Shown: piece after piece, positions 1 through 11,961 of the stretch | Layout: every line of letters begins with the position of its first letter | Numbering within the stretch: the stretch's first letter is position 1 | Source of the DNA: Chloropicon primus | Lineage: Eukaryota | Assembly (NCBI GenBank): GCA_023205875.1 | Contig: CP060755.1 | Location: 1,240,001 to 1,304,000 of the forward strand | Direction of reading: 5' to 3' | DNA length: 64,000 nt | Program-made: the position numbers and the translations under genes | Notes under the pieces: generated by a model | What the model was told of the DNA's origin: nothing | Databases searched by the model: none | The model's input: the letters and a program-made list of their open reading frames with translations, nothing else

Positions 1-1421
1 TCAAGAAGGTTGATAAGCAGCTCAACAGCATGGACGAAGTCGTCTCGCACCTGAACATGAACTTGCCAAGGGCAGAGATCACAAAGTCTCTTCCCGAGGA
101 CACCGTCTTCGTGTCTTTCCACATCGGCAAAGGCATCCACGATCCCTTTGAAGACAGTCACTTGTACGTAGCGTGCATGAAGAAGGGCAAGGACGGAGGC
201 GAGGATGTCGAGGCCCAAGTCGAGAGAATGGCTTACGAGAAGAAGGACTGGGATCGTTTCTTCGGAATGTTGTCATTGTGGAAAGCGAAGTCATCCAAGT
301 TCCTGAAGGACAATCACGTGTACGTCGACAAGGAAATGCAGAAGCCAGCTCAAGAAGCCGGGTCAGGCTCGGGCTCAGAGAACGAGGCCCCCGAAGACCC
401 AACCATCCCAAAGTCGTACCACGTCAACGCGAGGGAGATCCTCACGGAGGGCTGGAAGGAAGTCTTGAGCGAAGCAGGGGCCTTGCTGGAGCCCTTGATG
501 GGCACCGTGAGAGCTGCACTGGGAATTAAGGGCAAGGGCGCGTCTGAAGCGGTGGAAGAGGAAGGCGGTGAAGAAGGCGGGGCCGACGCAAAGGAAGCCG
601 AAGCTGACGCAGCTCCTGAGCAGATTCCGCTGAACATTTGCCTCTGCGTGGACGCCGCCCTGTCCATGATTCCTTTCGAGGCCCTGGATGAATTCAGCCA
701 GTGCGTCTCCGTCAGCAGGAACCCGTGCCTGATCAGCTTCTGTCTCTTGAACCAGCAACTGGAGGCCTCCTCGCCGGGGGGGAAAGCGAGCGTGTGCTCC
801 AAGGACTTCAACAAGCTCAAGTTCATTGTCGATCCCAAGGGGCAGTTCCCACAGGGCGGCAAGGAGGACGACGAGAAGGAGGGGGACATCTGCCACTTTT
901 TCGAGAACAACCTGCAGAAGCAATTCAAGGAGTGGGAAGGCATCATTGGCAGGAGCTCGATGAATATTGGGGAGACTTACATCGAGCAAGTGTACGACAA
1001 CTGCGTCTCTTTGATGTGCATCACCCCTGGGCGCTTCTCGCACGTGTTCACTCCAAAGGCAATCAAGCACACCAACCTGAAGAACTGCAGGATGGGCTTC
1101 TTGTTCGACCAGTGCATCAGTGAGAATGCCTTCCTCGAGGAGAAGAATTTGAGGCAGAGGCAAGTCCTGGAGGATCACTACGATGTCTCCACCTTCCTGA
1201 TGCTTCAGGGCGTCAAGAGCGTCGTGGTGAACTCCATGACGACAACGAACCTGTCGTGCTGCAAATTCATTGAAGGATTCGTCGAGTCCCTCAACAGCGG
1301 CAAAGGCCTAGCAGCGTCTGTCAAAGAGTCTGGCTCCCTTCTTCAAGCGGTGCCGGACCTGCCTCCGCACATCCCTTTCACTCAGGTGGTCTACGGGCTC
1401 CCAAACTTGACGATAAAATAA
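1..1421 (+). CDS. 3' part of a large protein, likely CFAP46/TTC40-like ciliary central-pair protein (C-terminal CHAT-like region); 5' end lies outside the window
   Basis: The frame is open from the window edge. Motifs LSMIPFEAL..SVSR, FIVDP, GVKSVVVN and terminal VVYGLP resemble the CFAP46 C-terminus. Confidence 0.55.
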   Translation, partial: KKVDKQLNSMDEVVSHLNMNLPRAEITKSLPEDTVFVSFHIGKGIHDPFEDSHLYVACMKKGKDGGEDVEAQVERMAYEKKDWDRFFGMLSLWKAKSSKFLKDNHVYVDKEMQKPAQEAGSGSGSENEAPEDPTIPKSYHVNAREILTEGWKEVLSEAGALLEPLMGTVRAALGIKGKGASEAVEEEGGEEGGADAKEAEADAAPEQIPLNICLCVDAALSMIPFEALDEFSQCVSVSRNPCLISFCLLNQQLEASSPGGKASVCSKDFNKLKFIVDPKGQFPQGGKEDDEKEGDICHFFENNLQKQFKEWEGIIGRSSMNIGETYIEQVYDNCVSLMCITPGRFSHVFTPKAIKHTNLKNCRMGFLFDQCISENAFLEEKNLRQRQVLEDHYDVSTFLMLQGVKSVVVNSMTTTNLSCCKFIEGFVESLNSGKGLAASVKESGSLLQAVPDLPPHIPFTQVVYGLPNLTIK

Positions 1422-1446
1422 AATAGTTGTACAACATTTTGTTTCT

Positions 1447-3657
1447 TTATTCTTCTTCTTTGGCGCTCCCGCTTCGGCTTCTCGAGTTCACTCCTCTGGC
1501 TCTCCTCAGCTTTCCTCTCAACTTCTCGTACAGCTGCTCATCCGTGCGGGACACGCTAGGCTTCACATTGGCGAGAGCAGTTTTCAGGTGGCCTTCTCCG
1601 ACGGCCAGGGCGTCGCTCTTGAGCGCAGCGACAGCGGATTCTCGCACCAAGGCCGCAATATCTGCTCCGCTAAAGCCGCTGCAAGCATCGCTCGCCAAGA
1701 CGCTCTTCCAGTCCAGACCTGGTTGCACAGGAACCTTTTGAAGGCACGTCTCCATGATGGAGACCCTTTCCCCTCCCTTTGGGAGGGGCACGTACAACAG
1801 CTTGTCCAGTCTCCCCGGGCGAAGCAAGGCGGGATCGATGATGTCAGGGCGATTCGTGGTGGCGATCAGGTAAACCTGCGACCTGCTATCTGTGCCGTCC
1901 ATCTCGGTCAACAGCATGTTGACCACCCTCTCTGACGCCGCATTCCCGCTGTCTCCTCCGCGCCGAGGAGCAAGGGCGTCGAGCTCATCGAAGAACAGCA
2001 CGCAAGGCGAAGCTGCTCTGGCCCGAGTGAACAACTGCCTCACGGCCCGCTCCGACTCTCCGACGTACTTGTTCAGGAGCTCCGGTCCCTTGATGGAGAT
2101 GAAATTCGCCCCGCAGTCGTTCGCTATTGCCTTTGCCACGAGAGTCTTGCCGCAGCCAGGCGGGCCGTAGAGGAGCACCCCAGTCGCCGCCTTCAAGCCA
2201 AGAGCCTCGAACCTCTGAGGCTCCTGAATTGGCAGCGTAATCGCGAAGTGAAGCTCGTCCTTAATTTCGTTCAAGGCCCCCACGTCTTTCCAAGTGACGC
2301 CCGGAACTGTGGCGAAACCCTCCCTCTGAATGCTTGGCTGCACCTGCGACAGCGCCTTGTCAAAGTCCTCTTTCTTCACCGCCAGGCCGAAGAGCGACTC
2401 TGCGGGGAGCGTGGCTTCCAGATCCAGGCCCCCCTTCTGTGACAGCTCTTCGAAAGACCGCGAGATTGCAGAGGCTGCTGCCTCCTTGGCGAGCGCCCCG
2501 AGGTCAGCAGCCACGTACCCCGGCGTCTTCCTCGCGAGGTATTCCACGTTCACTTGGCCGTCGAGCCTCAGAGTCTTCGTCATGACCCGAAGAATGGACG
2601 CCCTCGCCTTCTCGTCCGGAATTCCGAGGCAGACCTCCCTGTCGAAGCGGCCCGACCTCCTGAGCGCCGGGTCGATCGAGTCCGGGCGGTTTGTGGCCCC
2701 GATGACCACCACGTGCTTCATTCTTGACTCGCAAGCCTCCTTGGCGGCCTTCAAGAGCTCCTCCTCGCCGCCGCTGGCCTGCCTATCCAGTGCCTGGGGG
2801 GCTTTACCAAGCTCGTCCATGCAGGACAGCAGCTGCGCGACAATCCTCCTCTCCATGTCCTTGTTCGCGGACTCCCTCTTCGGGGCGACGGAGTCTATCT
2901 CGTCGATGAACACGATAGACGGCGCAGACTGAAGCGCGTCCGTGAAGAGCTGCCTCAGCTTGGACTCGCTCTCACCGCTCATCCCACTGACGACCTCGGG
3001 GCCGACGATCGAGAACATCGGGACCCCGGCCTCGTTCGCCACTGCCCTTGCCAGAGCGGTCTTTCCACACCCAGGGGGGCCGTGCAGGAGCACGCCCCGC
3101 GGGGGTTCCACCCCCAGCCAAGTGTAGACCTCTGGGTGCTTGAGCGGCCTCACGACTATCTGCTGCAGCAGCTCGATTTCCTTCTCCAGTCCCCCAAGAT
3201 CGTTGTAGGTCACGGTGTACTCCTTCTTGCTCTGGACCTTGGAGGATTTCCCGGCGTCGCTCCTCAGGTGCAGCGACTTTCGCCTCTGCCTGCCAGTGTC
3301 CTGGCCCTCCGGTTTCCGCTTTGTCCCCCCGTTGCTTCGGTGCTCCACGGTCAAGTTCGGCTTCCCGGCGACGTCGCCGGCCTTGGGCTGCCGTTCCGAG
3401 GTGGACGGCCTCGGCCGAGGCACTAGCTCCTCCGCGTCCATGTCGTCCACCACGATCTGCACCTTCTGAACCCGCACCTTGGTTATCGCCCTGGCCACGG
3501 CCTGCACGAAGGGGAGCCACTGTTTCCTCTCATACTCCTTGTACACGCCCCTCAGCCACTTGGCCACCTCCTGCGCGTCCTCCAAACTGTTGCTCTGACC
3601 GTACTGCTCTATCCGAGGCACCAGAAGCGGGTCCCCGCTCGCTGCCTTGCGCTTCAT
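1447..3657 (-). CDS. NVL: NVL2/Rix7/CDC48C-type AAA+ ATPase (60S biogenesis)
   Basis: Two AAA modules (GPPGCGKT twice, FIDEID/FFDELD, NKYVGESERAVR), plus an N-terminal NVL-type domain (LRGVYKEYERK). Confidence 0.9.
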   Translation of the reverse strand: MKRKAASGDPLLVPRIEQYGQSNSLEDAQEVAKWLRGVYKEYERKQWLPFVQAVARAITKVRVQKVQIVVDDMDAEELVPRPRPSTSERQPKAGDVAGKPNLTVEHRSNGGTKRKPEGQDTGRQRRKSLHLRSDAGKSSKVQSKKEYTVTYNDLGGLEKEIELLQQIVVRPLKHPEVYTWLGVEPPRGVLLHGPPGCGKTALARAVANEAGVPMFSIVGPEVVSGMSGESESKLRQLFTDALQSAPSIVFIDEIDSVAPKRESANKDMERRIVAQLLSCMDELGKAPQALDRQASGGEEELLKAAKEACESRMKHVVVIGATNRPDSIDPALRRSGRFDREVCLGIPDEKARASILRVMTKTLRLDGQVNVEYLARKTPGYVAADLGALAKEAAASAISRSFEELSQKGGLDLEATLPAESLFGLAVKKEDFDKALSQVQPSIQREGFATVPGVTWKDVGALNEIKDELHFAITLPIQEPQRFEALGLKAATGVLLYGPPGCGKTLVAKAIANDCGANFISIKGPELLNKYVGESERAVRQLFTRARAASPCVLFFDELDALAPRRGGDSGNAASERVVNMLLTEMDGTDSRSQVYLIATTNRPDIIDPALLRPGRLDKLLYVPLPKGGERVSIMETCLQKVPVQPGLDWKSVLASDACSGFSGADIAALVRESAVAALKSDALAVGEGHLKTALANVKPSVSRTDEQLYEKLRGKLRRARGVNSRSRSGSAKEEE

Positions 3658-3930
3658 CTCCTCTCCCAGTCCCCTCCCTCTCCGCCCCGGCCTCCCCCTC
3701 CCCTCCTCGATGCGCCGGCGGAAATGTGTCCTCTAAGATTTGAAAGCGGAGCGGGAAAACCAAAGACAGCTTTGGTTTGGCGCGCGAGCTCTCCGCGATC
3801 GTACGAGGAGTCAGTGCCCAAGGAAGAAGGACAACCGGAGGCGAAAGATCAAGGGCTTTGGCTTGGTACACGCACTTGGGGCCAGGGTTGACCAGCGTGG
3901 GACGCATTGGGAAGATTTTGTGTACGAAGG

Positions 3931-6105
3931 ATGGGGAGGGAGACGGGAGGTGGAGAAGCGGGGGACGTCGAGTCTCAGGTGGACTTCTTGCAGAACTTGG
4001 TGTTCCGCTTGTCGCAAGAGGTGTCGAGAAACGCGCCGAGCGATTCTGCTCTGAAAGATGAGGCGAGGAGAGTCCTGGACGGGCTCCCTGAGGACCTCGA
4101 GGTGCCGAACTGGCTGGTTTCCGTCGACATCCTTTCGCCACTGCTGAGGACCTTCGAGTCTTACACGAGTGAGCTACAGAGGACGATTGACGACGGCAAG
4201 GTCAAGTTCCAGAACCTCGAAGGGCAGGCGAAGGCCGTGGTGGCCGAGAACGCGAGCTTGAGGGAGGAGGTCGTGACCCTGACGGAGAAGGTCTACAGCA
4301 AACTCCAGGAGCAGGGCACCATCAAGAGCACGAGCTTTCCGGACAACGTCGACAGCAGGCTCAAGCTCCTGGAGCAGGAGAACGACCTGCTTCGTGCGCA
4401 GAACGGTGAGCTCAACAAAGAGATCACCACTCTGCACGCCACTTTGGATGAGAAGGAGGAGGCCCTCTTCACCCTTCAAGACCAGAGGGCCACGAACTCG
4501 GACAACGTGGAGTCCTTGCAGAGGGAGAACAACTCCGTCAAGGCAAAGCTCATCGACTCCAAGTCCCAAGTGGACGACTTGAAGAGGAGGCTGAGCATCT
4601 TGGAGCAAGCCAAGGCGGGAACCGCGGGCGGGGAGGGGGTCGACGGCGCCTCCGGGATAAAGGTAACGCAGGAGCGGGCGGACAGGGCAAAGTTGGAGCT
4701 CTCCAATCTCAGGGAAGAAAACGCCCAGCTCTCGGAAGAGCTCGGCAACCAGAGGGCAGCCTTTCAGGCGACTGAGGTCGAGGCAACAGACCTGCGAAAG
4801 CAGATCGTGTCGCTCACCGACCTCACGGCAAAGTTGGAGTTGAGAAACAGTGAGATCCAGGCCAAGGAGCTCGACTCCATTAACTTGATTCAGACCCTGA
4901 ACGAGAAGCTCAAGCAGGAGCAGGCGCGGAACGGCCTCCTCAAGCAGAGCAAGTCGGAGCTGGAGAGGGAAGTCAAAGAGCTGCACCAGAAAACGAGGGG
5001 TCACGCGAACGGTCTCAAGCTGAGCCTGAAGGAGATCTACCAAACTCGGGTCTCGGTCGCGGAATCGTCGGCAAGGCAGATGGAAAACCTTGTATCGGGC
5101 TTGAAGAAAGACGTGGCTTACGCGAAGGCTCAGCACGAGAGGTCCCAGAGGGACGCTGATTTTTACAAGGCTCAAGCGTCCGAAATGAAAGACCTGAACA
5201 GGGGCTATCCGACCAAGGTGGAGGAATATCTGAAGAGGATTGAGAGGTTGGAGGAAGAAAGGGACGCCGCGAAACACGACTCGGCCAGCACCTCGAACAT
5301 GGTCAAGAGAATCAAGAGCGACCACGAGAGGTTGGTGAATTCCCTATCCATGGAGAAGGAGAGGGCGGAGAAGCTGTCCAAGCTATCCACTGCGGAGGGC
5401 AAGAAGCTCCAAGAGGAGCTGCTGCAGATGCACGCGCTCGTAAAGGAGTCCGAAAAGAATCTGGCGGACGCCCAGAAAGCAGAGAGCGACGTGAGGAGCG
5501 TCATGGCACAAAAGATTGAGATCCAGAGGGCCGAGTCCGACGAGCAGATCAAGTTCCTGAAGAAGAGGTTGGACGACGAGCTGGAGACAAGGAAAGAATC
5601 TGTGGCCACGACCTTTGGGGGAGGAGAGGGGGACGCTTCCTTCAGGTTCTCCAAAAGAGAAGCAGAAGACGCAAAGATGAGGTACGAGAGCATGGAAAGA
5701 CAGATGAGGGCGGAAAGCCTGACTTTGTCGAGGAAATTGGAGGCATCGGCCCACGACAACTCCAAGCTAAGAGAAGAGAATTCGCAGATTATGAAGCATC
5801 TGAATATCCTGACGCAGCAAAACAGGGAAGCTTCTGGCTGCATCGCTGACGCAGAGAGTGAACTCATTGCCCTGAGGGAGAGGCTGAAGGCTTCAGTGTC
5901 GAAAGAAGCTCAGCTGATCCAGGAGAAGGAGGTCCTATACAGCAATTTAGAGAACGCCAAGCTCGAGATGGCAAAAACCCACAGGGCACAGAACAGCAGC
6001 ATGAAGAAGGTAGATTTTTTGAGGAGCCAGTGCGAGACCCTTCAGCACGCTCTTGCCTCGAGTCGGATGATGCCCCATCGTGGCGGCGACATTGCGACCA
6101 CGTGA
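3931..6105 (+). CDS. Long coiled-coil protein, CEP89-like (centriolar distal appendage)
   Basis: About 720 aa and heptad-rich. N-terminal NWLVSVDILSPLLRTFE resembles the CEP89 'WL...LSPLL.AYE' motif. First ATG is at 3931. Confidence 0.45.
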   Translation: MGRETGGGEAGDVESQVDFLQNLVFRLSQEVSRNAPSDSALKDEARRVLDGLPEDLEVPNWLVSVDILSPLLRTFESYTSELQRTIDDGKVKFQNLEGQAKAVVAENASLREEVVTLTEKVYSKLQEQGTIKSTSFPDNVDSRLKLLEQENDLLRAQNGELNKEITTLHATLDEKEEALFTLQDQRATNSDNVESLQRENNSVKAKLIDSKSQVDDLKRRLSILEQAKAGTAGGEGVDGASGIKVTQERADRAKLELSNLREENAQLSEELGNQRAAFQATEVEATDLRKQIVSLTDLTAKLELRNSEIQAKELDSINLIQTLNEKLKQEQARNGLLKQSKSELEREVKELHQKTRGHANGLKLSLKEIYQTRVSVAESSARQMENLVSGLKKDVAYAKAQHERSQRDADFYKAQASEMKDLNRGYPTKVEEYLKRIERLEEERDAAKHDSASTSNMVKRIKSDHERLVNSLSMEKERAEKLSKLSTAEGKKLQEELLQMHALVKESEKNLADAQKAESDVRSVMAQKIEIQRAESDEQIKFLKKRLDDELETRKESVATTFGGGEGDASFRFSKREAEDAKMRYESMERQMRAESLTLSRKLEASAHDNSKLREENSQIMKHLNILTQQNREASGCIADAESELIALRERLKASVSKEAQLIQEKEVLYSNLENAKLEMAKTHRAQNSSMKKVDFLRSQCETLQHALASSRMMPHRGGDIATT

Positions 6106-6236
6106 GAGAAAGAGAGACACAAGAATTTGATATGCTTTATTCATTGTCAAAAATTACGTTGAAGGAAAACTTCACATAATTACAATGACCTTGAGGTTCT
6201 TTCCGCTCTCCCCGTTCTCGTTGTCGCCCCGCCCGC

Positions 6237-7945
6237 TCATAAGTTATAAGCCATGCTGCACTTCATCGTGGCATCGATCAATATGTCGCACGCGTACTCA
6301 AGGTCCTCCCTCGAGTGAGCAGCCGAGATGCACAATCTTGCTCTGGCTAGAAGCAAAGGCGTGGCTGGGAAGCCTACCACGACGATCGCGAGCCCGTACT
6401 TGTAGCACTCCCTGGTTAAGGCAGAAATTTTGGCAGGGTGGAATATCATCATTGGGATCACAGGTGAGTCCTCGCTGCCCAGGACCGCGCAGCCAGCGGC
6501 TTTCAGCTTCTTCCTGAGGAAATTCGCGTTGTCCTTCAGCTTTTGAATCTTTTCTTGGCCCCTGGTTGTGCCGTCCTTCCCGGCGACGACCTCCAAGGAT
6601 GACAGGATCTGCTGCGCTGCTGGCATGGATATCGATGTCGCATACGTGAACCCGGGAGAGGAGTTTCGAAGGTACTCGATCACGTCTTTCGTGCTGGCGA
6701 TGTAGCCTCCACAAGAACCAAAGGACTTGGTGAATGTGCCCATCAATACATCGACGTCGTCAAAGCTCACCCCCGTGTGCTCGCAGAGCCCCCTTCCTGA
6801 TTGGCCCAAAGCCCCTATGCTATGGGCCTCGTCGAGATAGAGGTAGCAGTTATATTTCTTCTTCAGCGCCACGATCTCTTTCAACAGAGGCATGTCGCCC
6901 TCCATACTGTAGATCCCCTCGATGACAATCAGTATCTTCTTCCACGGCCTTCCCGTCCGAGGCTGTCCTTGCACGATCGAAGTTCTCAAAATCTTTTCCA
7001 AGGATTTCATGTCGTTGTGGACGAAGACTTTCACCTTGGCCCCGCTCAGCTTCACCCCGTCCACGATGCTCTTGTGGTTGAGCTGGTCCGAGACCACGAG
7101 GCAGCCTTTGTTCACAAGAGAGGGCAGGACCGTCGTGTTCGTGGCGAAACCCATCCCCCAGGAGAGAGCAGCCGGTTTCCTCAGAAACTTGGCCACCATT
7201 TGCTCGAGATCCTCGTGGACTTCAGTCGTGCCACCGTCCAGCCTGCTGCTGCAAGTCGTCCAACCGGTCTCGTGCATGGTCGAAATGACACGGGGGGTGC
7301 AGTACTCATCCTCCGCAGCAAACCCAAGGTAGTTGTACGAACCCAGGTTGAGGCACCTCCTGCTCTCCCCCGTCAGCCTGAAATCGGCGTGTATGTTATC
7401 CCTCTCGCGCTCACAAACGTCGATCCAGGCCCCAGGCGCACTCGAGATGGGCCTGCAGAAGCAATCCTGCAAGACGAGGAATATTACGAGATTAAAAGTC
7501 AGAGAGGAACCAAGGCTTGGGCCGAGAAACTTCGCTTACCTCGATTCTCCTGTACAAGTTCCTGGCGTAAAAGTTCTCCCAGTCTTTCACGAGAGGGGCC
7601 TTGCCCTGAGATGCGACGATGACGTCAACGTAGCAGCTTAGCTGTTAGTTTTTCTCTTGCGTTCTGTGAGCTCGTTGCACACAAAGACGTACCTTCTCCT
7701 GTCCGTCCTTCGCCTTGCTGTTCTGCCGCAAGACCCAGTCGCGAATGTGTCCGACGACGATCAGAAGCGTATAACTACACACCAGGTCGAGAACGACAGA
7801 AACGTTTTCTCCAAGTCAGTCCCTTGACTCCTTCCACTTGGGTCGCAGAACACAGCTTCCGCTCCCCCTGCAGCCGCGCGTCTTACCTGAAATACGTCGT
7901 AAGGGCCGCAAAGAGTGGCACATGGTCAGCCTCACTCGCTCCCAT
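6237..7945 (-). CDS. LCB2: Serine palmitoyltransferase subunit LCB2 (4 exons: 7945-7887, 7774-7693, 7605-7540, 7466-6237)
   Basis: NLGSYNYLGF, EGIYSMEG, DEAHSIG and the PLP-lysine motif GTFTKSFG. Three GT-AG introns restore the frame: VPLFAALTTYFSY...FYARNLYRRIEDCF. Confidence 0.93.
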
Positions 7946-8425
7946 CTTGTTGCCCTCGCTCCACCCTCTCTCTCCCCTCCTCGTCTCTCTCCGTCGACCG
8001 CCCTATGTCATCCCCCGATCGATCGATCGATCGTATAATAGACATAGACCGCCCACAAGATGTCATCTTGGAGGAGGATTCAAATTCCAGGAGGAGGAAT
8101 TTTTTTTTCATTCAAATCAAATTCATTTCTTCTGGAGAGAGAGCAGGGCAGGGGGGCTGGAGGGGAAGGGAAACGAAACGAAACGAATCCAAGGGACAAG
8201 CCACCATTGACTCCTGTGGGGAGTGGTGGAGAGTGCGAGAACGAAGGGTGGCGGGTCAGAGGGATTGAGGGGGACGACGAGGAAAGGAAATTCTGGAACA
8301 CCGAAGGCGTCTGGTGGTGGTCCAAGGCCCTGGGGCCGAAGGAGGACTCGAGGGAGAGGCACGAATGAAATAATCCAGGGAGGAAAGTAAAGAGTACAGA
8401 GTACAGACACCCACCACTTGTTTCG

Positions 8426-10357
8426 ATGTGGAAAGGAATCGGTTTGGAAGAGCCCGTGGCGTCCCCGCAGCTGGATCACAGCAGCAGCTGCCAGGGGAAG
8501 GGGAACCAACAGGACCGGAAGAGGGTGTGGCAGTGCAACCGACTCAAGTTTCGAACGGACTTTGACTCCGGCAACCTTGCAGACGTGATCCCGTGCACAA
8601 AGGAGGGCGAGTATGAGCTGTGGATTCGTCCGGACTGCAGCGGCCAGCCCTTTCAGACCAAGCACAGGACCTGGTTCTACTTCGGGCTATCCGGCCACGA
8701 GGCAGACCAGGTCCTCAGCTTCCACGTGGTCAACATGAACAAGCAAGCGAAGCTGTATTCGTTCGATATGAGGCCGGCTTTCTACACCCCCGGCGTCTCG
8801 GGGCAGTGGGAGCCGACCTTGGAGGCAGTGAAGCACGAGATGGTGGCCTCGGGATTCAAGTTGTCGTTCACCCACCGGTTCACAAGCGCAAAGGAGACCT
8901 TCTTTGCGTTCTGCATCCCCTTCAGCTACACCGACAACGAGAGGCTGATGTCCATCGTAGAGAAGCACGCGGGGGCAAGAGATGACCTTTATTTTTGCAG
9001 GGAAGCGTTAGGCTTCTCGAAGCACGGGCGGACGATCGATTTGATCACGATCTCGTCGAAAGATGGGATGCTGGACTCCAGCGAGACGACGACGTCTTAC
9101 CCCTGCGTGGACCTTGGAAGGGAAAAGGTCCGGGCCTTTGATCCTTCGAAGAAAGTCTTTGTGGTCTCCTCGAGGGTCCACCCTGGGGAGACCCCGGCGA
9201 CCCACGTCTTCAACGGATTCCTGAGCTTTCTGTTGCAGAAGGACGACGAGAGGGCCATAAAGTTGAGGGAGAAGTTCGTCTTCAAGCTGGTCCCGATCAT
9301 TAATCCTGACGGCGTGTCCTTCGGGCACTACCGGTCAGACTCTCAGGGCCAGAACCTGAATCGCTTTTACGAGGACCCAAAGCCCGAAATCCACCCAGAG
9401 ATCTTCGCCTTGAAGTCCCTGATCATGTACTACTTCGGCAAAGGGACTCTTGAGGTGAGCATCGATCTGCACGCTCACGCAAACCGCATGGGCAGTTTTG
9501 CGTACGGAAACCACCTCAGCAGCGAGCAGCAGATGGAAACGATATTGTACAACAAGCTGGTGGCAATGAATTGCCCGTACTATGACTTCAGGTCCTGCTC
9601 TTTCTCTGAGAGGAACATGTCGAGCAAGGACAAGAACGGGGAATCGAAAGAAGGCAGCAACAGGGTAGCGTTGTATCGGGCCACCAATCTGGTTCACATA
9701 TACACGATCGAGACGAATTACTCGTGCGCTAGCTTGACTACGGCTGTGACAGACGCCGCTGACAGCACGAAGACGATCTCGCCGGGTTACAAAGTTCAGT
9801 CAAGGAAAAAGTTCACGGTGGATTCCTTTGGTCAGATCGGCAAAGCTCTTCTCGTTGGAATGCTGGACGTGAAGGAGTGGAATCCTTACAGCCGATTAAA
9901 GAGCAGCGAGTTCAAGAACATGCAAGTCCTTCGAAATTGGGCTTCTTCCTACGTCAACGCCAGTTTGCTGTCCAAGAAATTCAAGTCGCTCTCGTCCATG
10001 AGCCCCAAAGGATCACGAAGGAGCAGCGTCTCCGCCGCGGTTGTTGCGGAGGAGCCCCCCAAGCCCGCCAACCCCGGGAGAAGGAGCGTTTCCAGCTTTT
10101 CCGCGGCCAAGGCCGCAACCAAAGAGAGAAAGAGCATATTCGTGCAGAACAAGGAGAAGATCCGAGCCATGTCTCTGCAGAATCGGGAAAGGAGGAGGAG
10201 CATTGCGTTGCAACACGGCGAGGACGAAGCGGCGAAGAAGGGTTTGCGGGGCAAGAGCGAGCCTTACTCGGAGAAGGTCAGAGTCCAAGTTCAGAAGCTG
10301 GAAGTTGAAACGATTGAGACGAACGAGAACTTGGAGAAGTCGATCAGGTGGTTCTAA
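8426..10357 (+). CDS. AGBL5: Cytosolic carboxypeptidase (M14 tubulin deglutamylase), CCP5/AGBL5-like
   Basis: FDSGNL, RTWFYF, SRVHPGETP, NPDGV..GHYR.D..GQNLNR, DLHAH, KEGSNRV, YTIE. Confidence 0.8.
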   Translation: MWKGIGLEEPVASPQLDHSSSCQGKGNQQDRKRVWQCNRLKFRTDFDSGNLADVIPCTKEGEYELWIRPDCSGQPFQTKHRTWFYFGLSGHEADQVLSFHVVNMNKQAKLYSFDMRPAFYTPGVSGQWEPTLEAVKHEMVASGFKLSFTHRFTSAKETFFAFCIPFSYTDNERLMSIVEKHAGARDDLYFCREALGFSKHGRTIDLITISSKDGMLDSSETTTSYPCVDLGREKVRAFDPSKKVFVVSSRVHPGETPATHVFNGFLSFLLQKDDERAIKLREKFVFKLVPIINPDGVSFGHYRSDSQGQNLNRFYEDPKPEIHPEIFALKSLIMYYFGKGTLEVSIDLHAHANRMGSFAYGNHLSSEQQMETILYNKLVAMNCPYYDFRSCSFSERNMSSKDKNGESKEGSNRVALYRATNLVHIYTIETNYSCASLTTAVTDAADSTKTISPGYKVQSRKKFTVDSFGQIGKALLVGMLDVKEWNPYSRLKSSEFKNMQVLRNWASSYVNASLLSKKFKSLSSMSPKGSRRSSVSAAVVAEEPPKPANPGRRSVSSFSAAKAATKERKSIFVQNKEKIRAMSLQNRERRRSIALQHGEDEAAKKGLRGKSEPYSEKVRVQVQKLEVETIETNENLEKSIRWF

Positions 10358-10434
10358 AGAGTAATCCTAAAAACCTAAACTAAATTGTATATAAAACGCG
10401 TCTTTTTCCTGGGCTTCAATTCTGCGTGCTTGGC

Positions 10435-11961
10435 TCAACCCTTGACCACTGCAAGTGGCCTCAGCCTCACGCACTTCTTTGAGATTCCGGCGGCGTGGCA
10501 GGTGTCCACCACCTGAGTGACGTCCTTGTAAGATTCTGGTGCCTCTTCCATGACAAGCTTTGGGCTCGCCACCCTAATGCTAATTCCCTTTGCCTTCAGG
10601 TTGTTAAGAACTTCCTGGTACTCCAACTTATTCCTGGCGTTGGCCCTGCTCCTGGCCCGGCCTGCACCGTGGCAAGTGCTCCCAAAGGTCTCCTCCATGC
10701 CCTTCTTCGTCCCAGTCAGAACGTAACTGCAGGTGCCCATGGTGCCACCGATGAGGACAGGCTGGCCCGTGAACTGGTAGTCCACGGGGATCAGAGGGTG
10801 GTGAGGGGGGAAGGCCCTCGTGGAGCCTTTCCTGTGAACGAGGAGCTGCTTCATTTCTCCATCCACCAAGTGCTCCTCTATCTTCGCTATGTTGTGACTG
10901 ACGTCGTAGACGAGATGCATGTCCAGCTCGTCCGGGTTCTTCTTAAAGGTTTTGGCAAACGCCTGCCTGGCCAGGAACGTCATGGAGCATCGGTTCACCC
11001 ACGCGTAGTTCGCGGCGCAGGCCATCGCCGCAAGGTAGTTTTGCCCCTCCTCCGAGTCGATCCTCGCGCAAGCAAGCTGCCTGTCATTCGTCTCGATGCC
11101 GTCCCTGCTCATGGCTTTCTCCATCGCGGTCAGCGAATCCGTGGCCACCTGGTGCCCCAGCCCGCGGCTGCCGCTGTGTATCATGATGCAGACCTGCCCC
11201 ACCTTGCTGATGCCCATCCGACTCGCCGCGGGCACGTCGAAAATCTCTTCCACGACCTGGATCTCGCAGTAGTGGTTGCCCGCGCCCAAGGTTCCCATTT
11301 GGGGCAGCCCCCTCTTCTTCGCCCTCTTGCTCACCTTCGAGGGGTCCGCGTTCAGCATTCGACCGTACTCCTCGCAGTGCTCCTTGTCCTCGACCCAGGA
11401 GTACCCCTCCCTGATCGACCAGTCCATTCCCATCTCCAAGGCCTCCTCGAGGTCCTTGGCGGTCGTTGGGATGATCCCCTGAGAGCCCACCCCCACGGGG
11501 ATGTGGTCGAACAGGGCCTGGGCGAGGTCCTCCTGCAAGGGCCTGACCTGATCCTCCGTCAGGTTCGTGCGGATCAATCTGACTCCGCAGTTGATGTCGA
11601 AGCCCACGCCCCCCGGGCTCACGACCGACGAGGGGTCGTTCATGTCCATGGCGGCCACGTTCCCGATGGCGAAGCCATAGCCGGAGTGCACGTCAGGCAG
11701 GGCAATGGACTTCCCCACGACCCCCGGAAGCGCCGCCACGTTCGCGAGCTGCTTGACCGCCGGAAGGAAGCCACCGACGTTGCCCCTCTCGCAATAAGCC
11801 TGCAGCTCCTCGTCCAGGAGGGACCTCAGGGACTCGTTCACGTAAAAGTACCCGGGGACCTTCATGTTCGGCACGAAGCCCTCATTGATGCGGTACTTCT
11901 CGTCCGTCTCCTTCGAGATGTAGTCCGTCTCCTCCTTGAACGTTCGAGCCTTCTCCTTCAT
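10435..11961 (-). CDS. RTCB: RtcB RNA-splicing ligase (metazoan/archaeal type)
   Basis: [61 protein letters not shown]. Confidence 0.97.
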   Translation of the reverse strand: MKEKARTFKEETDYISKETDEKYRINEGFVPNMKVPGYFYVNESLRSLLDEELQAYCERGNVGGFLPAVKQLANVAALPGVVGKSIALPDVHSGYGFAIGNVAAMDMNDPSSVVSPGGVGFDINCGVRLIRTNLTEDQVRPLQEDLAQALFDHIPVGVGSQGIIPTTAKDLEEALEMGMDWSIREGYSWVEDKEHCEEYGRMLNADPSKVSKRAKKRGLPQMGTLGAGNHYCEIQVVEEIFDVPAASRMGISKVGQVCIMIHSGSRGLGHQVATDSLTAMEKAMSRDGIETNDRQLACARIDSEEGQNYLAAMACAANYAWVNRCSMTFLARQAFAKTFKKNPDELDMHLVYDVSHNIAKIEEHLVDGEMKQLLVHRKGSTRAFPPHHPLIPVDYQFTGQPVLIGGTMGTCSYVLTGTKKGMEETFGSTCHGAGRARSRANARNKLEYQEVLNNLKAKGISIRVASPKLVMEEAPESYKDVTQVVDTCHAAGISKKCVRLRPLAVVKG

